Source of the DNA: Coniocarpon cinnabarinum
Taxonomy: Eukaryota
Assembly (NCBI GenBank): GCA_051942205.1
Contig: JAVECO010000040.1
Location: 62,001-126,000, forward strand
Length of the DNA: 64,000 nucleotides
Reading direction: 5' to 3'
The notes beneath the pieces were generated by a model. The model was given only the letters and a program-made list of their open reading frames with translations, did no database searches and was not told the origin of the DNA. This document shows positions 60,386-64,000 of the stretch, in pieces (position 1 is the stretch's first letter; every line of letters starts with the position of its first letter). A program made the position numbers and the translations under genes.

Positions 60386-61786
60386 ATGGCACGGCGTCCT
60401 CCTCGTCGGCGACCCTCTTCTTACGCGCCTGCAGATTTCAAGAAGACCCAGGGTGATGTTGCATTCGACATCGACGTGCTCATTCTTGACTATCTTGTCC
60501 ACCAAGCCTTGAAAGCCGTGCTCTCCTCGAAGCATGCAGAATCATTGTCACCAACAGACCATGACTTTCGACCCTACCTTTTCCAAGTCGATCGGTATCT
60601 CAAGCACATAAGTGCAAGGCATCACCATGGGCTCGCCGGACACCTGCGATTTTCACTATCGCTCCTTCGCTTTTGTACGCTCTTGCATGAGGCCTGCCAT
60701 CCCTCGTCCACCGCCTCCACTGCTCCCTCTGCTACTCTTATAGAGCTTCGTTCTCGCAATCGGACTCGGGCCCTTCGTTGGTGGATTCGGCGTCGACAGC
60801 ACTACTCCCAATCTGCTACGTCTTCATTCTCATCGTCGCAATCGCAAGAGGACGCAGCAGATGCCTTGGCGCATACGCTTCAGTCGCTGGCCCTGAAGTC
60901 GCACGTGCAACAGACCCACGATGGACAGGCTGACGACCCTCCACCTCCCGAGACTGAAGTGATCGATCTCGAGTCTCCACCTGATTCCGCTCCACAGCAG
61001 AATGAGCATTCGAGTCGCGACCAGAGCGCTTCAACGGATAATTCCAACGAAGGACCCTACCCTAGTTTGCTGGATCTTCTTCCTCTATTTGTACAGCTGA
61101 CCCACGAGCGCGCCCTTCTCATTAGCCATGATTCAGTGACGAGCGAGATGTGGTTAGGACTGGTTGTGGAGATGATGATCCAAGCCTTCCTGGAGCAGCG
61201 TGTGGTCTTCGAGGAAGAAGGCGTGTGCAGCTTACTCGAGGCGTTTGCATGGGGACCAGTCTCCAGCGTGAAGGGTGGCGTCGAAGTAGGTAATGACGGG
61301 AATCAAGATTTGCGGATTCACGATGTGTTTCTACTGCAAGCGGATAGCAGTCGAAGCAGCGCATTGAGCAACGGCAGTCAATACAGCAACAACGCTGCTG
61401 AAGATAGACTGACCGCAGATACATTCCAGTACTACCGCGACCGCGCACTGTCCTCTCTAGATCCAACGACGTATCTATCCAGCGACCCTCAAGCGCTGTA
61501 TCGCTCTCTCCTTGGACCCGACGCGCCCCTCGATCCCCACCCACGTGACGCGTTCGAAAAGTCAATGTGGGGCTTTCTCGACGCAGTCGCCAAAAGCGTC
61601 GATGTGCCCGTTCTGGTCCAGTTGGAGCAGGTGCAGAAAGGACGCAGGACGAGGGTAGACTTGAGGGATCATAGGCTGGGGAATGGAGAGACGGAGATTC
61701 TGAGGGAGATCTGGGAGGCGGGCCTGGGGCAGCATGAGCGCAAGCAATCCACGGGGACGAGACGGAATTCGAAGGAGAAGAGCTGA
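60386..61786 (+). CDS. Fungal hypothetical protein with LisH-like N-terminal motif
   Basis: Intronless ORF from caacaATG at 60386. DIDVLILDYLVHQA resembles LisH. PSLLDLLPLF..WLGLVVEMMIQAFLEQ..EAFAWG..PVLVQLE blocks look like a conserved fungal family. Confidence 0.75.
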   Translation: MARRPPRRRPSSYAPADFKKTQGDVAFDIDVLILDYLVHQALKAVLSSKHAESLSPTDHDFRPYLFQVDRYLKHISARHHHGLAGHLRFSLSLLRFCTLLHEACHPSSTASTAPSATLIELRSRNRTRALRWWIRRRQHYSQSATSSFSSSQSQEDAADALAHTLQSLALKSHVQQTHDGQADDPPPPETEVIDLESPPDSAPQQNEHSSRDQSASTDNSNEGPYPSLLDLLPLFVQLTHERALLISHDSVTSEMWLGLVVEMMIQAFLEQRVVFEEEGVCSLLEAFAWGPVSSVKGGVEVGNDGNQDLRIHDVFLLQADSSRSSALSNGSQYSNNAAEDRLTADTFQYYRDRALSSLDPTTYLSSDPQALYRSLLGPDAPLDPHPRDAFEKSMWGFLDAVAKSVDVPVLVQLEQVQKGRRTRVDLRDHRLGNGETEILREIWEAGLGQHERKQSTGTRRNSKEKS

Positions 61787-61932
61787 TGCCGTGATGATGC
61801 TTCTGTGGTTATGTGTTACGTCTGTCATGACTTTAAGTGCTCTAATGTGACCGTTTACCACTCTATAAACATACGTCCTTGCACATCAGTGCGCATCGTG
61901 CGGACTCTCACCGACTCTCAGATGGCGGCGGA

Positions 61933-63833
61933 TTATTGGTCAACCTCCTTGTCCACCTTCTTCGCCGGGTCTGAATTGGCATGTGTCGCATATTTGCTTC
62001 GAATGAAGTCTTCGACCGCAACGTCCCCCATCTTCTCAACCTCGGGGTCCTGCTTCTTCGAAGTATCTTCTTTCATCTTTTCCTCTTGGTTTGCTTTAGC
62101 ATCATGAGCATTGTGGCTCAGCCCGATCTTCTCGGCGATGCCCGAAGCTGTGGACGTCACCGTCGTTGCAGCGCCCGCGACCGCGTGCTTCGCTTGCTCT
62201 ACGTAACTCTCTTGACCGCCAGACTGTTCCTTGGGCCGTTCCGGGACAGTCACGTCCTTGTTGCCCTGAGCGATGGTACCCGTTTCGACGACGTTGCTTT
62301 TATCTCCATGGCCGTGGTCAATCGTCGCTGGCGTGGCGTCACTGTGTACCCCCTCCGCGTGGGTTCCCGCTTGAGCGTCCAACCGCGCACCGCTCGTCCC
62401 CTGTCTGTCTTCCATCTGCCTCGTTGCAGCAGTCTGTTGCTGCTGCTGGTTCCTCGCGGCAAAGTCGGCTTCTGAAACGGATTTGCCGTTGTGGATCGAG
62501 TTCGACAACTTCGACGACATGGACTGCGCGTCGGAGCCGGATGGCGTGTCAATGGGTGTCTGTCCACTAGACGGAAACTCTTTCACGTCGTCAGACGGGT
62601 GTGTGTACACGCCCGTGGAGTTAGCTAATTTGTTCAAGCCGGGACCGGCAGCGCCATCACCGACTTTCTGCGCAGGAGGCAGAGACATGGTGGCCACGAC
62701 GTCTTCGCGCTGCTTGCCATCCACAGTGCCAAGTGAGACAGCCGACATGGTTTGCCCATCTTTGGAAACTCGCCAGCGAATCGGTCCAGGAGGGAACGCA
62801 TTAGCGCCATTAGCGCCAGTCACGGGCATCTTCCAATCCATTGTCTCTGCGATTTCAGGCTCGAGATTGGGCAGCTGGCCCCATTCCCAATCGAGCTCGC
62901 CACCGTACTTCTTGGGTATGTTTGCAGGATCGATGTATTCTGAGAGAACCTTGTAGGTCTCGTTTTGACTGAGGATGAAAATCTTGGACACGGTGATTGG
63001 GTCGAACCACCGTTTGATCCAAGACCAGACGGTGGGGAAGAAGGACGGCGCGCCAATGATGAAGATGCGGTCGAGGGTCTCCGGGTAGTGCGCAGTAGCC
63101 AGTTGGCTGGCCTCTTGCATGTGTCCTTTCAGGTTCCAGAACTGTTTCAGACCGGTCCTGGAGATGTCTACAATGTTGCCAGATTGGCTCACGGGCGTGT
63201 CAGGATACGGTCGAGAGGGTATGGCTGAGCACAACGGCATGACACATTGGATCAGGTTCTCGTACAATGCAAAGAGGCGTCTGAGATTCGGGGAGATGTT
63301 GCCCTTGGCGGGGTTCTGGTCATTCTTCGATTTGAGAGAGTTTTGGTATTCGGACATGCGCTTGCTGTCGAGTCCCGCGACCTCGAAGACGTACAACGGA
63401 ATTCCCCGCTTGTCTCTCCGACCTATCCACTGTGGGTACTGAGACAACTGTTAGTATCCACTCAACGCGTCTCTGCATGATTCACAAATACTAGGAGCCT
63501 AGTTTCGTTGTATTCGTCAACGTCTATCGAGTCGTACAGCTTGTCGATCTCGTTGTCCCTCCGCCAGTCCTCTGTGTCTTTGAACTGCTTGAATGCCTCT
63601 GTGGGGACGAACTTGCGTGCACGTAGATATCTGAGCAAGGTCTCATCGTCGTGGGAAGGCTCTGGCCGTTGCTGCGTGGCAGGTCTGTAGTAGCCTTTCT
63701 CGGCACAGAGCTGCTTGAACTGCTCAAGCTTTTGCTCCTGGGGCTCGTCGAGGTGGGTAACGTGCCCTTCTGGATATTGGTAGCTCTCAGCGCGTTTGAG
63801 AGAGGAAGCGTCGGAGGACGGGGGTCGGTTCAT
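61933..63833 (-). CDS. CRAL-TRIO / Sec14-family lipid-binding protein
   Basis: CRAL-TRIO_N HDDETLLRYLRARKF, then after one intron YPQWIGRRDKRGIPLYVF and ATAHYPETLDRIFIIGAPSFFPTVWSWIKRWFDPITVSKIFIL..NIPKKYGGEL. Confidence 0.93.
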
Positions 63834-64000
63834 AGCTGGAGCTCGGTTTTGGCACTTCTTTTGACGCGGGTGCGAAGCAGGGCTTACGGAGCAGGGATGG
63901 AGTTCAGGGCGCTGGAGTGGGTGAGTGGTTCCTTTACATGTGTGTTCTCTCCATGACTCTCGGCCGCGTCTTGAGGAGATTCAGCCCCAAGCGAGATACG

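Overview
Intron-containing fungal genomic DNA (filamentous ascomycete, Pezizomycotina; Dothideomycete-like by inference), with GT-AG introns and CTRAC branch points. Housekeeping genes recognisable from protein motifs are hop2, a Chs4/Skt5-type chitin synthase activator, pcp1/SPC110, jjj1, pom152, utp22, cystathionine gamma-synthase, a UCH37-like deubiquitinase, smc6, sro7/77 and a Sec14/CRAL-TRIO protein. They alternate with accessory islands (about 0.2-6 kb, 16.4-25.7 kb, 35.6-37.4 kb, 42-47.9 kb, 55.3-60.2 kb) that hold orphans and decayed genes. The decayed genes include a HeLo-like/NACHT/ankyrin NLR pseudogene, a mucin-like repeat pseudogene, an SRR1-like gene with a nonsense codon and a beta-propeller pseudogene. 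There is also an apparently intact HeLo-like + ankyrin gene lacking a NACHT domain. The most notable fine-scale signals are a TAGTAG acceptor that could switch the CaaX box of the chitin synthase activator on or off, a GC-AG intron and micro-exons in hop2, paired MCB boxes upstream of pcp1 and smc6, Cbf1-type CACGTG sites upstream of the sulfur gene, and a G/N-rich amyloid-motif-like stretch next to the NLR remnant. No tRNA, rRNA, CRISPR array or intact transposon was recognised. All gene models were read by eye, without database searches.
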